This document shows positions 1-8,937 of a DNA stretch of 64,000 nucleotides, piece after piece. This DNA comes from a bacterium (lineage in GTDB: Bacteria > Oederibacteriota > PGYV01 > Palsa-1178): positions 13,065 to 77,064 of the forward strand of contig JBAXIL010000003.1 in NCBI GenBank assembly GCA_037138355.1, given 5' to 3'. Position 1 is the stretch's first letter. The number at the start of each line of letters is the position of its first letter. The notes under the pieces are model-generated. The model had not been told where the DNA came from and did not search any database. It worked only from the letters and a program-made list of their open reading frames with translations. The position numbers and the translations under genes were made by a program.

Positions 1-152
1 GTTTTTATATCTTTTTTTCCATCTCCAAAATATGACTTGACCCTATTACGAAGTACTTTGGCCTTTCCTATGTAGATAACTTTTCCTGTCAAATCTCTAT
101 ATATGTAAACGCCTGGTTTTTCAGGCAACGAGCTTATCTTATCTTTATCCAT
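1..152 (-). CDS. uvrC: Excinuclease ABC subunit C, N-terminal fragment; the gene continues beyond the window start. It is absent from the ORF track because only about 51 codons are in view.
   Basis: The reverse-strand translation from the ATG at 152..150 reads [42 protein letters not shown]. This fits the GIY-YIG nuclease N-terminus of UvrC (PGVYxxxDxxGxVIYVGKAKNLxNRVxSYF). A GGAG RBS lies 8 nt upstream (revcomp CTTGGAGTTGAAAATG). Confidence 0.75.
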   Translation of the reverse strand, partial: MDKDKISSLPEKPGVYIYRDLTGKVIYIGKAKVLRNRVKSYFGDGKKDIK

Positions 153-249
153 TTTCAACTCCAAGATTTTTACCTCAAGTAACCAGTACCAAAACTATAT
201 CTTCATAAGAATTAGCTATTTTTTCATTAAACATTTATTACGCTTTTCT

Positions 250-543
250 TTATGCTAAATATGGTTTTATCTTTTCAAATACTTCATTAGCAATTTTCTG
301 TCCTTCTTCTTCTGTTTCTTGTCCAGTTACTTCCACACGAAGTGAAAATATATTATTCACACTTGTAAGATTTACCATGAGTCCCATAGCTCCTTTTGTT
401 GTTTCCTCTCCATTGAAGAAATACTTAACCTGCCTCTTTTTCTTTTCATATGAATCTACTATCTTTGCCATGGCTGCGCAAAACTCCATTGCTTTTGCTA
501 ATGATATGTTTTTTTCAACTATTACTTTGCTATGTTCACTCAT
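250..543 (-). CDS. Small hypothetical cytoplasmic protein (97 aa), family not recognised.
   Basis: ORF with coding-like composition sitting between uvrC and an upstream membrane protein on the same strand. No motif I can name with confidence. Confidence 0.45.
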   Translation of the reverse strand: MSEHSKVIVEKNISLAKAMEFCAAMAKIVDSYEKKKRQVKYFFNGEETTKGAMGLMVNLTSVNNIFSLRVEVTGQETEEEGQKIANEVFEKIKPYLA

Positions 544-577
544 TGAAATCTCCTTTTTTATAATGGATTTTTTAATT

Positions 578-1156
578 TTATTTATTAACTCGAAATGCCT
601 TTTCCGGAAGCACTTTTTTCATTTCTGTTAATACAAATTCCGCATCTTTTTTATCAGCACTCATACAAAATCTGTTTACTTTTCCTTCATAAAAAAAATT
701 TATAAGGCCTATACCTACAAATTTTCTTTTATCAGTCCTAAAATCTGCCTTTACTTCAAATAGTTTGGCACCAATTGTTACATTTATCTGCATATCATTA
801 ATGTTATTTACATAAAATATTCTTGGCTTGCCTATACCTACTATATCATTTTTGATTTTTACTATACCTTGATTTATAGTTATTATTTCTCTTCCAAAAA
901 TACCCCAAACCAGAATACCTATCATAATTATCTCACCAACAAACCAAATAATTGCCAATACTAAAAGTAAAACTATTTTTACTGTATCAACTGGATTACT
1001 TCCAATATCAATAAACATTTTCAGCAGCATATATCCAGCATAAGTCCAACCAAATAACCAAATTACCAATAAACCTGCAATAATACCAATATTACCTGAC
1101 TTAATCACAATTTCATGACCAGCAACTGTTTCTTTTGAAGTAATATTATTGTTCAT
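578..1156 (-). CDS. Hypothetical membrane protein with two N-terminal TM helices and a soluble C-terminal domain (192 aa).
   Basis: Two hydrophobic segments (IGIIAGLLVIWLFGW and IVLLLVLAIIWFVGEIIMIGILVW) followed by a charged region. No family recognised. Confidence 0.5.
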   Translation of the reverse strand: MNNNITSKETVAGHEIVIKSGNIGIIAGLLVIWLFGWTYAGYMLLKMFIDIGSNPVDTVKIVLLLVLAIIWFVGEIIMIGILVWGIFGREIITINQGIVKIKNDIVGIGKPRIFYVNNINDMQINVTIGAKLFEVKADFRTDKRKFVGIGLINFFYEGKVNRFCMSADKKDAEFVLTEMKKVLPEKAFRVNK

Positions 1157-1341
1157 TCAAACCTTTCATTATCATTGAATTTAAATTCATGCCTACCAGT
1201 AATTTGATAATCAGTATTATAAGTCAAATACCCCAGTGTTTCAATATGTATTTCCTAAAAGCATAAAACCACCACAAAATGCTCTTTCTTTTTTTAAATT
1301 ATGAGGTTATAATTGATATATGAAGCTACAGGAGGTGCCTT

Positions 1342-1524
1342 ATGGCAGATGAAAAGAAAATTGAGTTAAAACCTGATACAGCCCCAGAAGTTCCAGGAGA
1401 AGAGAAAAAACCTGTTTTTAAACAAGTGAAACCTTGGGAACAGTTCAAGCAATCATCGCATTTTAAGAACGCCAACAAGCGTGGTAATTTTTCACAAAGA
1501 AAAATGGGTGGAAAAGGCGGCTAA
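1342..1524 (+). CDS. Small lysine-rich basic protein (60 aa) ending in a KGG-like tail (RKMGGKGG).
   Basis: Strong RBS (ACAGGAGGTGCCTTATG, AGGAGG 7 nt upstream). Immediately followed by the strong intrinsic terminator at 1571..1603. Composition is K/E-rich with low hydrophobicity. Confidence 0.45.
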   Translation: MADEKKIELKPDTAPEVPGEEKKPVFKQVKPWEQFKQSSHFKNANKRGNFSQRKMGGKGG

Positions 1525-1570
1525 GCGCTTTATTTATTAATACTTTTAAAAATATATTTCAAATGAAAAT

Positions 1571-1603
1571 AAAAAGAGCGATCCAAAGGATCGCTCTTTT
1601 TTC
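1571..1603. terminator. Bidirectional intrinsic terminator between the convergent small-protein gene (+) and the DEAD-box helicase gene (-).
   Basis: AAAAAGAGCGATCC-AAAG-GGATCGCTCTTTTTT: a perfect 9-bp GC-containing stem with a 4-nt loop. It is flanked by an A-tract upstream and a T-tract downstream, so it can act on either strand. Confidence 0.75.
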
Positions 1604-1638
1604 ATTACTTTACTATTAAATAAATATCTTTAAAATTC

Positions 1639-3330
1639 TTATTTTTTTGCAACTTCTGCAAATATTCTAACACCTTTTATCTTTTTATTCTTTAATGCAT
1701 CTATAACATCATTTACAACCGTTGTATCTATCTGCACAAAAGTATATTTATCAAAAAGATCTATTCTTCCTATTTTTTCTCCTCTTATACCTGATTCACC
1801 TGTAATAGCTCCCAGTATGTCGCGAACCATAACGCCTTGACCTTTTCCTGCATTGATAAATACTCTGGTCATATCGCCATCAGCCATTCTTTCACTTTTG
1901 CCGTGGCTTTCACTTCTGTCACCCCTGTCACTTCTACTTCCTCTATCTCCACGGTCACCACGGTCGCCTCTTTCATTTCTATCATACTTTTTGTAAACAG
2001 GAGCATTCAAATCATTCTCTGCACCTATTTGGGCATTTTCTTCATCTGTCATTATTAATTTAACAAGTGCTGCGGCTATATCCATTGATGATAAATCTTC
2101 TTCCATAAGTTTTTCTATTACCTTTGTCTGTGTTTCAAGTCCTCCTGCTTCTATCTGAGTCTTAACTTTTACCATAAAGTTTTTTATTCTTTTTTCTTCT
2201 ATGTCATCCCTTGAAGGTATAACACCTGGTTTAATTTTTATCTTAGCATATCTTTGTATATCACGCAGTTTGTGCATTTCATTTCCATATACAAAAGTAT
2301 ATGCAGTGCCTGCTTTTCCAGCTCTACCTGTTCTTCCTATCCTATGCACATAATACTCTTCGTCTGACGGCACATCATAATTTACTACTGCCTCTATATC
2401 ATCTACATCTATACCGCGAGCAGCTACATCTGTGGCAATAAGAATGTCACACTTTGCAGCGCGAAATTTTTCCATTACTTTATCTCTCTGCTGTTGAGTC
2501 TTGTCTCCATGAAGACATTCTGAAAGATAACCACGCGAACGCATTTGGTCTGCAAGTTCATCCACCATTTTTTTAGTATTACAAAATATAAGCGTTGCTT
2601 TATAATTATTTGAATCAAGCACGCGCGTTAATGCCTCAATCTTTTTTCCATGCTTTACTTCAAAATAAAACTGTTCTATATTTGGGGCAGTAAGAACTTC
2701 ATGTGTGATTTTGACATATTTTGGATCCTTTTGATAATGTTTGGTTAGATCAAGTATCGGCTTAGGCATAGTCGCTGAAAATAAAACTGTCTGCCTATCT
2801 GCCGGTGCTGATTTTAATATGAGCTGTATATCTTCAATAAATCCCATATTTAGCATTTCATCTGCTTCGTCCAAAACAACTATTTTACAAGAATCAAGCT
2901 TAGCTGTCCGTCTTTCGATATGGTCAATCAGTCTCCCAGGAGTACCGATTACTACCTGAACACCTGCTCTAAGTGCCCTTATCTGTCTGTCTATAGGCTG
3001 TCCACCATATACTGCGAGCACATTAAAGCCCTTTATATATTTTCCAAGCTGTCTTATTTCCTCTGCAACTTGAACTGCAAGCTCTCTCGTAGGACACATA
3101 ACAAGCGCTTGTATATACTTCACTTTTGGGTCTATCATTTCCAAAAGTGGTATTCCAAAAGCCGCTGTCTTACCTGTTCCTGTTTGTGCCTGTCCAATTA
3201 AATCCACACCTGTCTTCATAAGCGGTATTGTGGCTGTCTGTATGTGGGTGGCTTCTTCAAACCCCATATCAGTTACTGCTTTCAGTATTTCTGGTGATAA
3301 ATCTAATTCTGTAAATTTAAGCTTATTCAT
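1639..3330 (-). CDS. DEAD-box ATP-dependent RNA helicase (CshA/DeaD-like) with a C-terminal DbpA-type RNA-binding domain and an RGD/RGS-rich low-complexity linker. The start is reassigned to the ATG at 3330 (MNKLKFTELDLS...), not the track start at 3420.
   Basis: Motifs AQTGTGKT (Walker A/motif I), PTRELA, VLDEADEM (DEAD), SAT, HRIGRTGRAG (motif VI). Q-motif context (F..ATHIQ). C-terminal DbpA-like domain (MTRVFINAGKGQGV...RIDLFDKYTFV). RBS GAGGT 7 nt upstream of the ATG at 3330. The longer track ORF would add 30 residues with no RBS. Confidence 0.9.
   Translation of the reverse strand: MNKLKFTELDLSPEILKAVTDMGFEEATHIQTATIPLMKTGVDLIGQAQTGTGKTAAFGIPLLEMIDPKVKYIQALVMCPTRELAVQVAEEIRQLGKYIKGFNVLAVYGGQPIDRQIRALRAGVQVVIGTPGRLIDHIERRTAKLDSCKIVVLDEADEMLNMGFIEDIQLILKSAPADRQTVLFSATMPKPILDLTKHYQKDPKYVKITHEVLTAPNIEQFYFEVKHGKKIEALTRVLDSNNYKATLIFCNTKKMVDELADQMRSRGYLSECLHGDKTQQQRDKVMEKFRAAKCDILIATDVAARGIDVDDIEAVVNYDVPSDEEYYVHRIGRTGRAGKAGTAYTFVYGNEMHKLRDIQRYAKIKIKPGVIPSRDDIEEKRIKNFMVKVKTQIEAGGLETQTKVIEKLMEEDLSSMDIAAALVKLIMTDEENAQIGAENDLNAPVYKKYDRNERGDRGDRGDRGSRSDRGDRSESHGKSERMADGDMTRVFINAGKGQGVMVRDILGAITGESGIRGEKIGRIDLFDKYTFVQIDTTVVNDVIDALKNKKIKGVRIFAEVAKK
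1915..1977 (-). repeat. Coding tandem low-complexity repeat (RGDRGDRGDRGSRSDRGDRSE) within the helicase C-terminal linker.
   Basis: DNA shows reiterated cacggtc/cctctatc units. The protein shows about 7 R-G-D/S triplets. Confidence 0.55.
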
Positions 3331-3611
3331 TGTTAACCTCGTTTTTATGGACATATAAATATGACCAAAAGTTTTTTGTGATTTTTTAGTGGTAATTGCG
3401 TTTGCAGGGGTAAAGCTCACCTGATCTAACTCTCACCGGATCCATAATGGCTATCCACACATAAATCACACGGCCAGTTAAACTGGCAGAAATTCTCACA
3501 ACTTATTATTACATTTATAATGTTTATTAGCAAGGGCAATCTTTCCTTGAGTATTTAGCTGTTTTGCCAAAATAGAGTAGCACAAATTGCTTGTTTTACG
3601 CAGTTTTCATT

Positions 3612-5615
3612 CTAAAACTTATATTTTTTCTTTTTTTGTTTCCTTACACCTACTTCTTTTATATCTTCTATCTTGTCCCTGAGTTTTGCTGCCTCTTCAA
3701 AGTTTAAAGCCTTTGCGTGCTTTACCATTTCAGTTTCCATTTGCCTAATTAAATCTTCTGTATTTTTATATGTAAATTCCGCATCTTCCTCGGCAAGAGG
3801 TACTGTAAAATAATCCATTTCAAAAACGCTATGCATTATATTTTTTATTTCCTTTTTAATTGAGGTAGGGGTGATATTATGTTTTTTATTATATGCAGTT
3901 TGTTTTTCGCGCCTACGGGATGTTTCATCTATAGCTCTGCGCATAGAATCTGTTATCTTGTCTGCATACATTATTACTTTTCCTTCTACATTTCTTGCAG
4001 CACGGCCTACAGTTTGAACCAAAGCTGTTGTAGAGCGCAAAAATCCTTCTTTATCAGCATCAAGTATAGCTACCAATGAAACTTCTGGAATATCAAGACC
4101 TTCCCTAAGGAGATTTATTCCTATGAGTGCAGTAAATTTTCCTTCACGCAATTCTCTAATTATTTGTATTCTCTCTAAAGTATCTATATCAGAGTGCAAA
4201 TACCTGCACTTCACATTCTTATCTTTTAAAAAAGAAGCCAAACTTTCTGCCATTTTTTTAGTTAATGTGGTAACAAGTACGCGTTCATTTTTTTCAGCCC
4301 GAATTTTTATTTCAGTCATAATGTCATCAACTTGATTTTTTGTCGGTTTAACTATTATTTCAGGATCCACAAGTCCTGTCGGTCTGACTATCTGCTCAGC
4401 TATATTAGTTTTACCACTTAAATCTAATTCATAAACATTTGGAGTTGCAGATACATATATCGCTTGATTTATCTTTTTTTCAAATTCATTAAACTTAAGT
4501 GGTCTATTATCATAAGCTGCTGGTAATCTAAAACCATAATCTATTAAATTTTTCTTTCTTGAAAAATCACCTGCCTGCATACCATGTATCTGAGGTATGG
4601 TCACATGCGATTCATCAATAAACATAAGATAGTCCGTTGGAAAATAATCAAGTAAAGTAAAAGGAGCAGTACCCGCAGCTCTGCCTTCTATGATTCTTGA
4701 ATAATTTTCTATTCCTTTGCAGTATCCCATTTCCTGAAGCATTTCAATATCATATCCTGTGCGAGCTTTTAAGCGTTCATATTCAACAGGTCTTCCAGCA
4801 AGTTCCTTAAGCCTTATTTCAAGTTCTTTTTGTATATCCTTTACAACTCTTTTTATTGTATTCTCTGGCATAACATAATGCGTAGCAGCAAAAATTGCAG
4901 TACTTTTTACTTTTGTTATTGAATTTTTACTGACTGGGTCTATCTCAACTATTGCCTCCACTTCATCCCCAAGCATTTCTATCCTTATAGCTGTTGTATC
5001 ATAAGCAGGATATATTTCCACTACATCGCCTTTTATTCTAAATATTCCCTGACTGAATTCAAATTCATTTCTTTTATACTGAAGCAAGACCAACTGCTCT
5101 GCTATGGAATTTATGGATATTTTATCCCCTACTTCCAGATATAATCTCATACTTTTGTATGTTTCAGGAGAACCAACACCATATATACACGATACACTCG
5201 CAACTATAATCACATCGCGTCTTGTCATAAGCTTATGTGTTGCAGACAAACGCAATCGTTCAAGTTCTGCATTGATTGCAGAATCTTTTTCTATAAACAT
5301 GTCCCTATGTGGTATATATGCTTCGGGTTGGTAATAATCATAATATGATACAAAATACTCCACAGCATTGTCAGGAAAAAACTCTTTAAACTCCATATAT
5401 AACTGAGCCGCAAGCGTTTTATTATGGGAAATTATAATTGCAGGTTTATTTACACTTTCTATAACCTTTGCCATGGTAAAAGTCTTTCCAGAGCCAGTTA
5501 CACCAAGCAAGGTTTGATTTTTTTCACCTTTGATTATAGCTTTAGCCAGTTTATCAATGGCTTCTGGCTGATCTCCGGCTGGTTGATATTTTGTATTTAT
5601 TTTGAACTTGTCCAT
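3612..5615 (-). CDS. uvrB: Excinuclease ABC subunit B.
   Basis: N-terminal YQPAGDQPEAI...GVTGSGKTF, helicase motifs, YVSYYDYYQPEAYIP beta-hairpin region, and a C-terminal UvrB/UvrC interaction helix (NFEEAAKLRDKI). Full length, 667 aa. Confidence 0.97.
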   Translation of the reverse strand: MDKFKINTKYQPAGDQPEAIDKLAKAIIKGEKNQTLLGVTGSGKTFTMAKVIESVNKPAIIISHNKTLAAQLYMEFKEFFPDNAVEYFVSYYDYYQPEAYIPHRDMFIEKDSAINAELERLRLSATHKLMTRRDVIIVASVSCIYGVGSPETYKSMRLYLEVGDKISINSIAEQLVLLQYKRNEFEFSQGIFRIKGDVVEIYPAYDTTAIRIEMLGDEVEAIVEIDPVSKNSITKVKSTAIFAATHYVMPENTIKRVVKDIQKELEIRLKELAGRPVEYERLKARTGYDIEMLQEMGYCKGIENYSRIIEGRAAGTAPFTLLDYFPTDYLMFIDESHVTIPQIHGMQAGDFSRKKNLIDYGFRLPAAYDNRPLKFNEFEKKINQAIYVSATPNVYELDLSGKTNIAEQIVRPTGLVDPEIIVKPTKNQVDDIMTEIKIRAEKNERVLVTTLTKKMAESLASFLKDKNVKCRYLHSDIDTLERIQIIRELREGKFTALIGINLLREGLDIPEVSLVAILDADKEGFLRSTTALVQTVGRAARNVEGKVIMYADKITDSMRRAIDETSRRREKQTAYNKKHNITPTSIKKEIKNIMHSVFEMDYFTVPLAEEDAEFTYKNTEDLIRQMETEMVKHAKALNFEEAAKLRDKIEDIKEVGVRKQKKKKYKF

Positions 5616-5682
5616 GGTTTTTCCTTATAGGACTTTGGTTTTAAAGATTAATTATTTTCCTTCTTCTCTTTTTGTTTCAGTT

Positions 5683-5719
5683 AAAAAAAAAGCCCGGGTA
5701 AAACACCCGGGCTTTTTAT
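5683..5719 (-). terminator. Intrinsic terminator downstream of hup (minus strand). The stem is symmetric and A/T-flanked on both sides.
   Basis: AAAAAAAAAGCCCGGGT-AAAAC-ACCCGGGCTTTTTAT. A 9-bp GC-rich stem followed by a T-tract on the relevant strand. Confidence 0.75.
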
Positions 5720-5732
5720 AACAATCTTTATT

Positions 5733-6005
5733 CTAGAGAACGGAAGCCTTTAAGTCCTTCGCAATTCTCATCTTAACTACTTTTTTTGCCGGTATGTTGA
5801 TGCTTGCACCCGTGGCTGGATTTCTTCCTATTCTTGCTTTGCGGTGCTTTACTGCAAGAATTCCGAGTCCTGGGAGTTTAACCTTTTTTTCTTTCTTAAG
5901 TGTTGCTATTACAACTTCTGTGAAAGCCTCTACTGTCTTCTTTACATCTTTCTTTGCTACTCCTGCTTTTAGTGCAATTGCTTCAATCATTTCTGTTTTC
6001 TTCAT
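5733..6005 (-). CDS. hup: HU family nucleoid-associated DNA-binding protein.
   Basis: 90 aa. Carries the HU signature arm RIGRNPATGASINIPAKKVVKMRIAKDLK and MKKTEMIEAIA (MNKTELI-like N-terminus). AGGAGG RBS 8 nt upstream. Confidence 0.93.
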   Translation of the reverse strand: MKKTEMIEAIALKAGVAKKDVKKTVEAFTEVVIATLKKEKKVKLPGLGILAVKHRKARIGRNPATGASINIPAKKVVKMRIAKDLKASVL

Positions 6006-6047
6006 TCTCTAACCTCCTGTTTTTATTTGACAAAAACTTGTGTTAAA

Positions 6048-6653
6048 TTAAAATGCCCAACCAATTGCTGCATCAAAACATGGTAATGTTCCTGGTAAAG
6101 CAGCTATTGTTGTAGATGATGTACCTGCTGACACTGAATTAACTATATTAAGCTGTACTCCAAGACCTATCTGTGTAGTAAATCCATTTGCAATTACTAT
6201 ATTATATCCAGCCATTACGCCTATGAAGTGCATCATTCCTGTGTATCCTGTTGAACTTGCAATCCAAGCATCATATCTTGGTCCGAAATACCAACCCTCT
6301 ATTCCTTTTTGTAAAGGATGCCAAAAAAGATCTACTCCAAGTCCAAAAAAGTTTACTCCATATCCAGAAACTCCAACCCATGTACCTCTTGGTCTAATAC
6401 TAAGGTTTGGACCTATCATTCTTTCATAACCAATATTATAAATCATTGCAAGCCAAGGCCAAACATTTGTTACTAACATATTTTCATAAATCTCTCCTGT
6501 TGCTGGAGCTACTGAAACAGCCTTTGTTACTGGTGCTACTGCTACAGCCTTTGTTACTGGGGCTACTACGCTTGCTTTTTTTGTTGATGCTGCAAATAGA
6601 CTTGCAGAAAAAGCCAACACTACTACTAATACCAATGACATCATTTTTTTCAT
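6048..6653 (-). CDS. Putative outer-membrane beta-barrel protein with signal peptide, an N-terminal K/A/V/T repeat linker and a C-terminal aromatic residue (…AAIGWAF).
   Basis: Sec signal MKKMMSLVLVVVLAFSASLFA. Three copies of VAPVTKAV-like 9-mers. Alternating hydrophobic, Gly/aromatic-rich strands and a terminal Phe typical of OMP barrels. AAAGGAG RBS. Confidence 0.5.
   Translation of the reverse strand: MKKMMSLVLVVVLAFSASLFAASTKKASVVAPVTKAVAVAPVTKAVSVAPATGEIYENMLVTNVWPWLAMIYNIGYERMIGPNLSIRPRGTWVGVSGYGVNFFGLGVDLFWHPLQKGIEGWYFGPRYDAWIASSTGYTGMMHFIGVMAGYNIVIANGFTTQIGLGVQLNIVNSVSAGTSSTTIAALPGTLPCFDAAIGWAF
6508..6570 (-). repeat. 27-nt coding tandem repeat (2 full copies plus 1 partial) encoding VAPVTKAV(A/S) in the OMP-like gene.
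   Basis: gctactg(a/c)(a/t)acagcctttgttactgg is reiterated with period 27 nt. Confidence 0.6.
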
Positions 6654-6859
6654 TTTTCAATCTCCTTTATCAAATTTAACTACTTTTCTAAGTCAATTTA
6701 TACCATATATTGTATTATATGAACTTATAGCACACAACACTCATTCTGTCAATTAAATAATGCTATTATTAAAGGCTTTTATTACTATTTTCATTTTAAT
6801 CTCGTTATTTGCCTTTAAATTGTGCTATTTTCAATATTATTGCCCTTATTGCTTACTTA

Positions 6860-7528
6860 TTATTTGTTTTTATTTCCATTATTTACAAAAACTTCTTTCA
6901 TTGTAATTTTTTCCTGCGATTCTTTTTGCAATAGAAATATAGCTTCTTCAGCAAATATATTTTCAAGTCCCATTTTGTTATTTGTTTTTGTTTCTCTTCC
7001 AACAAGGTATATTTCTTTTAATAGTTTAATATTATTGTTTTTGCAAAATTTTTTAAAATCTTTGATTGTGAGTTGATGTACATTAGGAGTACTAAACCAT
7101 TCAAATGGCAGTACTTCTGATTTGGGCATTTCGCCATTGAAAAGGAATTTAAATCTAAGCTTATAATAGGCAAAGTTTGGAAAAGTGACAATAACCTTTT
7201 TACCAACACGAGCTATCTGATTTAGCATAAAATCAGGCCTTTTAACAGCCTGCAATGTTTCCGAAAGTATTACATAATCAAAAGACTGATCCTTATAATT
7301 ATATATACCTGCTTCTATATCTTCCTGTATTACAGACACTCCCCGCTTAATGCACTTTAAAACTTCATCTGTATTAATATCTACTCCGAGTCCATATACA
7401 TTTCTTCTATTATATAGAAGTTCAAGAAGTTCCCCATCTCCGCAGCCCAAATCAAGAACGCGTGAATTATCCTCAATCATATTCACAATTTCTTCATATG
7501 TATGCTTTAAGTAAACTTCTTTTAACAT
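6860..7528 (-). CDS. metW: Methionine biosynthesis protein MetW (class I SAM-dependent methyltransferase-like partner of MetX).
   Basis: VLDLGCGDGELL methyltransferase-fold motif I. Size 222 aa. Lies immediately downstream of metX, the canonical metXW arrangement. AAGGAG RBS. Confidence 0.75.
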   Translation of the reverse strand: MLKEVYLKHTYEEIVNMIEDNSRVLDLGCGDGELLELLYNRRNVYGLGVDINTDEVLKCIKRGVSVIQEDIEAGIYNYKDQSFDYVILSETLQAVKRPDFMLNQIARVGKKVIVTFPNFAYYKLRFKFLFNGEMPKSEVLPFEWFSTPNVHQLTIKDFKKFCKNNNIKLLKEIYLVGRETKTNNKMGLENIFAEEAIFLLQKESQEKITMKEVFVNNGNKNK

Positions 7529-7626
7529 TTCAAACTCCTTTAAGTCAAGTTGTAAGTTTTAAACTACAAGTTTTAAGATGTTTCTACAAACTCAAAACTT
7601 TAAACTGCCCTTATCTGCCTTTCTCT

Positions 7627-8817
7627 TCATTTAATGTGTATTAAAAAGTTTTTAAAAGCCATTCCAAGTATTTTATTTTCTGCAACTGTCTTTTTTTCAA
7701 GTAAAAAGGCATCGTGCCCATGTATTGATTCTATTTCTATATAAGATACATCTTTATTATTAAGAGTTAAGGCCTGCACTATTTGTTTTGCTTGCGCTGG
7801 AGAGAATAACCAATCAGAAGTAAAAGATACCATGAGGACTTCCGCTTTTACCCTTTTCATTGCTTTATTAAGATTTCCTCCGCCATACTTTTCATCTACA
7901 TCGAAATAATCCATGGCTTTTGTTACATAAAGGTATGCATTTGCATCAAATCTGTCTACAAATTTTTTACCCTGATGTGCAAGATAACCTTCAACTGCAA
8001 ATCCATTTTCAAACTCTTTTTCAAAAGGAGTCATGGATTCAGCCATCTCACGATCCTCAAGCTTGCGTCCAAACTTAATTTCCATCCCTTGTTCACTCAA
8101 ATATGATATATGTCCTATCATTCTTGCTACAGCCAGTCCTTTTAACTTTGAATTCTTTCCATAATAATTTCCATTTTCCCACTTACTATCCATTTTTATC
8201 GCATTTCTACCCACAGCATCCAAAGCTATTTCCTGTGCTGATAAAGCAGCAGAAGCAGCTATCACTATTACGCTTTTAGGAATGTCAGGAAACTGCAGTG
8301 CCCATTCAAGTGCCTGCATGCCGCCCATAGATCCACCAATAGCACTAACAAGTTTTTCTATACCGAGATAATCTAAAAGATTTTTTTGAACTTTAACCAT
8401 ATCAGGAATAGTAATTTCAGGAAATTTCATGCCGTATTCTTTTTTTGTTGTAGGGTCAATTGAAGCTGGACCAGTAGTACCATAACAGCTTCCAAGGATA
8501 TTAGAACATATAACAAAATATTTATTAGTATCCATTGGCTTGCCAGGACCAATCATAAGATCCCACCAACCAGTATTTTTTTTTGGCCCTTTTATATCTT
8601 CATCAGTATAATATCCGGCAGCATGCGCACTTCCTGATAAAGCATGACATATAAGCAGTACATTTGATTTATCTTTATTGAGTGTGCCATAGGTTTCATA
8701 GGCCACAGTGATAGGGCCAAGCTTACCGCCTTTTTCAAGCAGCATTTCATTAGGAGATTCAGCGAAGGTATAATATTGCGTTTTAACAATCCCTACTGAA
8801 TCGGGGGGTTTTTCCAT
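7627..8817 (-). CDS. metX: Homoserine O-acetyltransferase (alpha/beta hydrolase fold).
   Basis: GGSMGGMQALEWA nucleophile elbow. N-terminal LGPITVAYETYG...LICHALSG. Size 396 aa. Confidence 0.9.
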   Translation of the reverse strand: MEKPPDSVGIVKTQYYTFAESPNEMLLEKGGKLGPITVAYETYGTLNKDKSNVLLICHALSGSAHAAGYYTDEDIKGPKKNTGWWDLMIGPGKPMDTNKYFVICSNILGSCYGTTGPASIDPTTKKEYGMKFPEITIPDMVKVQKNLLDYLGIEKLVSAIGGSMGGMQALEWALQFPDIPKSVIVIAASAALSAQEIALDAVGRNAIKMDSKWENGNYYGKNSKLKGLAVARMIGHISYLSEQGMEIKFGRKLEDREMAESMTPFEKEFENGFAVEGYLAHQGKKFVDRFDANAYLYVTKAMDYFDVDEKYGGGNLNKAMKRVKAEVLMVSFTSDWLFSPAQAKQIVQALTLNNKDVSYIEIESIHGHDAFLLEKKTVAENKILGMAFKNFLIHIK

Positions 8818-8937
8818 TTCTGCTTTTTATCTCCTTCTATTTTATTTGCTTTTTAAATTATAACACAATGACAAAAAAATGATAATACTTTTTTATAGTT
8901 TTTCATTTAACCTGTGTTATTTTATGTTCTTCTTTTA

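Noticed and set aside
377-631. 84-aa plus-strand ORF antisense to the 97-aa gene at 250..543.
   Set aside because: Hydrophobic low-complexity translation, no RBS, and it overlaps a better-supported minus-strand ORF.
3331-3420. N-terminal 30-codon extension of the DEAD-box helicase ORF (MSFTPANAITT...).
   Set aside because: There is no RBS before the ATG at 3420. A GAGGT RBS immediately precedes the ATG at 3330, and helicase homology (Q-motif context) begins right after it.
7529-7626. Apparent palindrome or repeat (caagttgtaagttttaaactacaagtt) between metX and metW.
   Set aside because: On checking, the arms are not true reverse complements and only short direct repeats (aagtt) remain. It is probably just an AT-rich intercistronic spacer.
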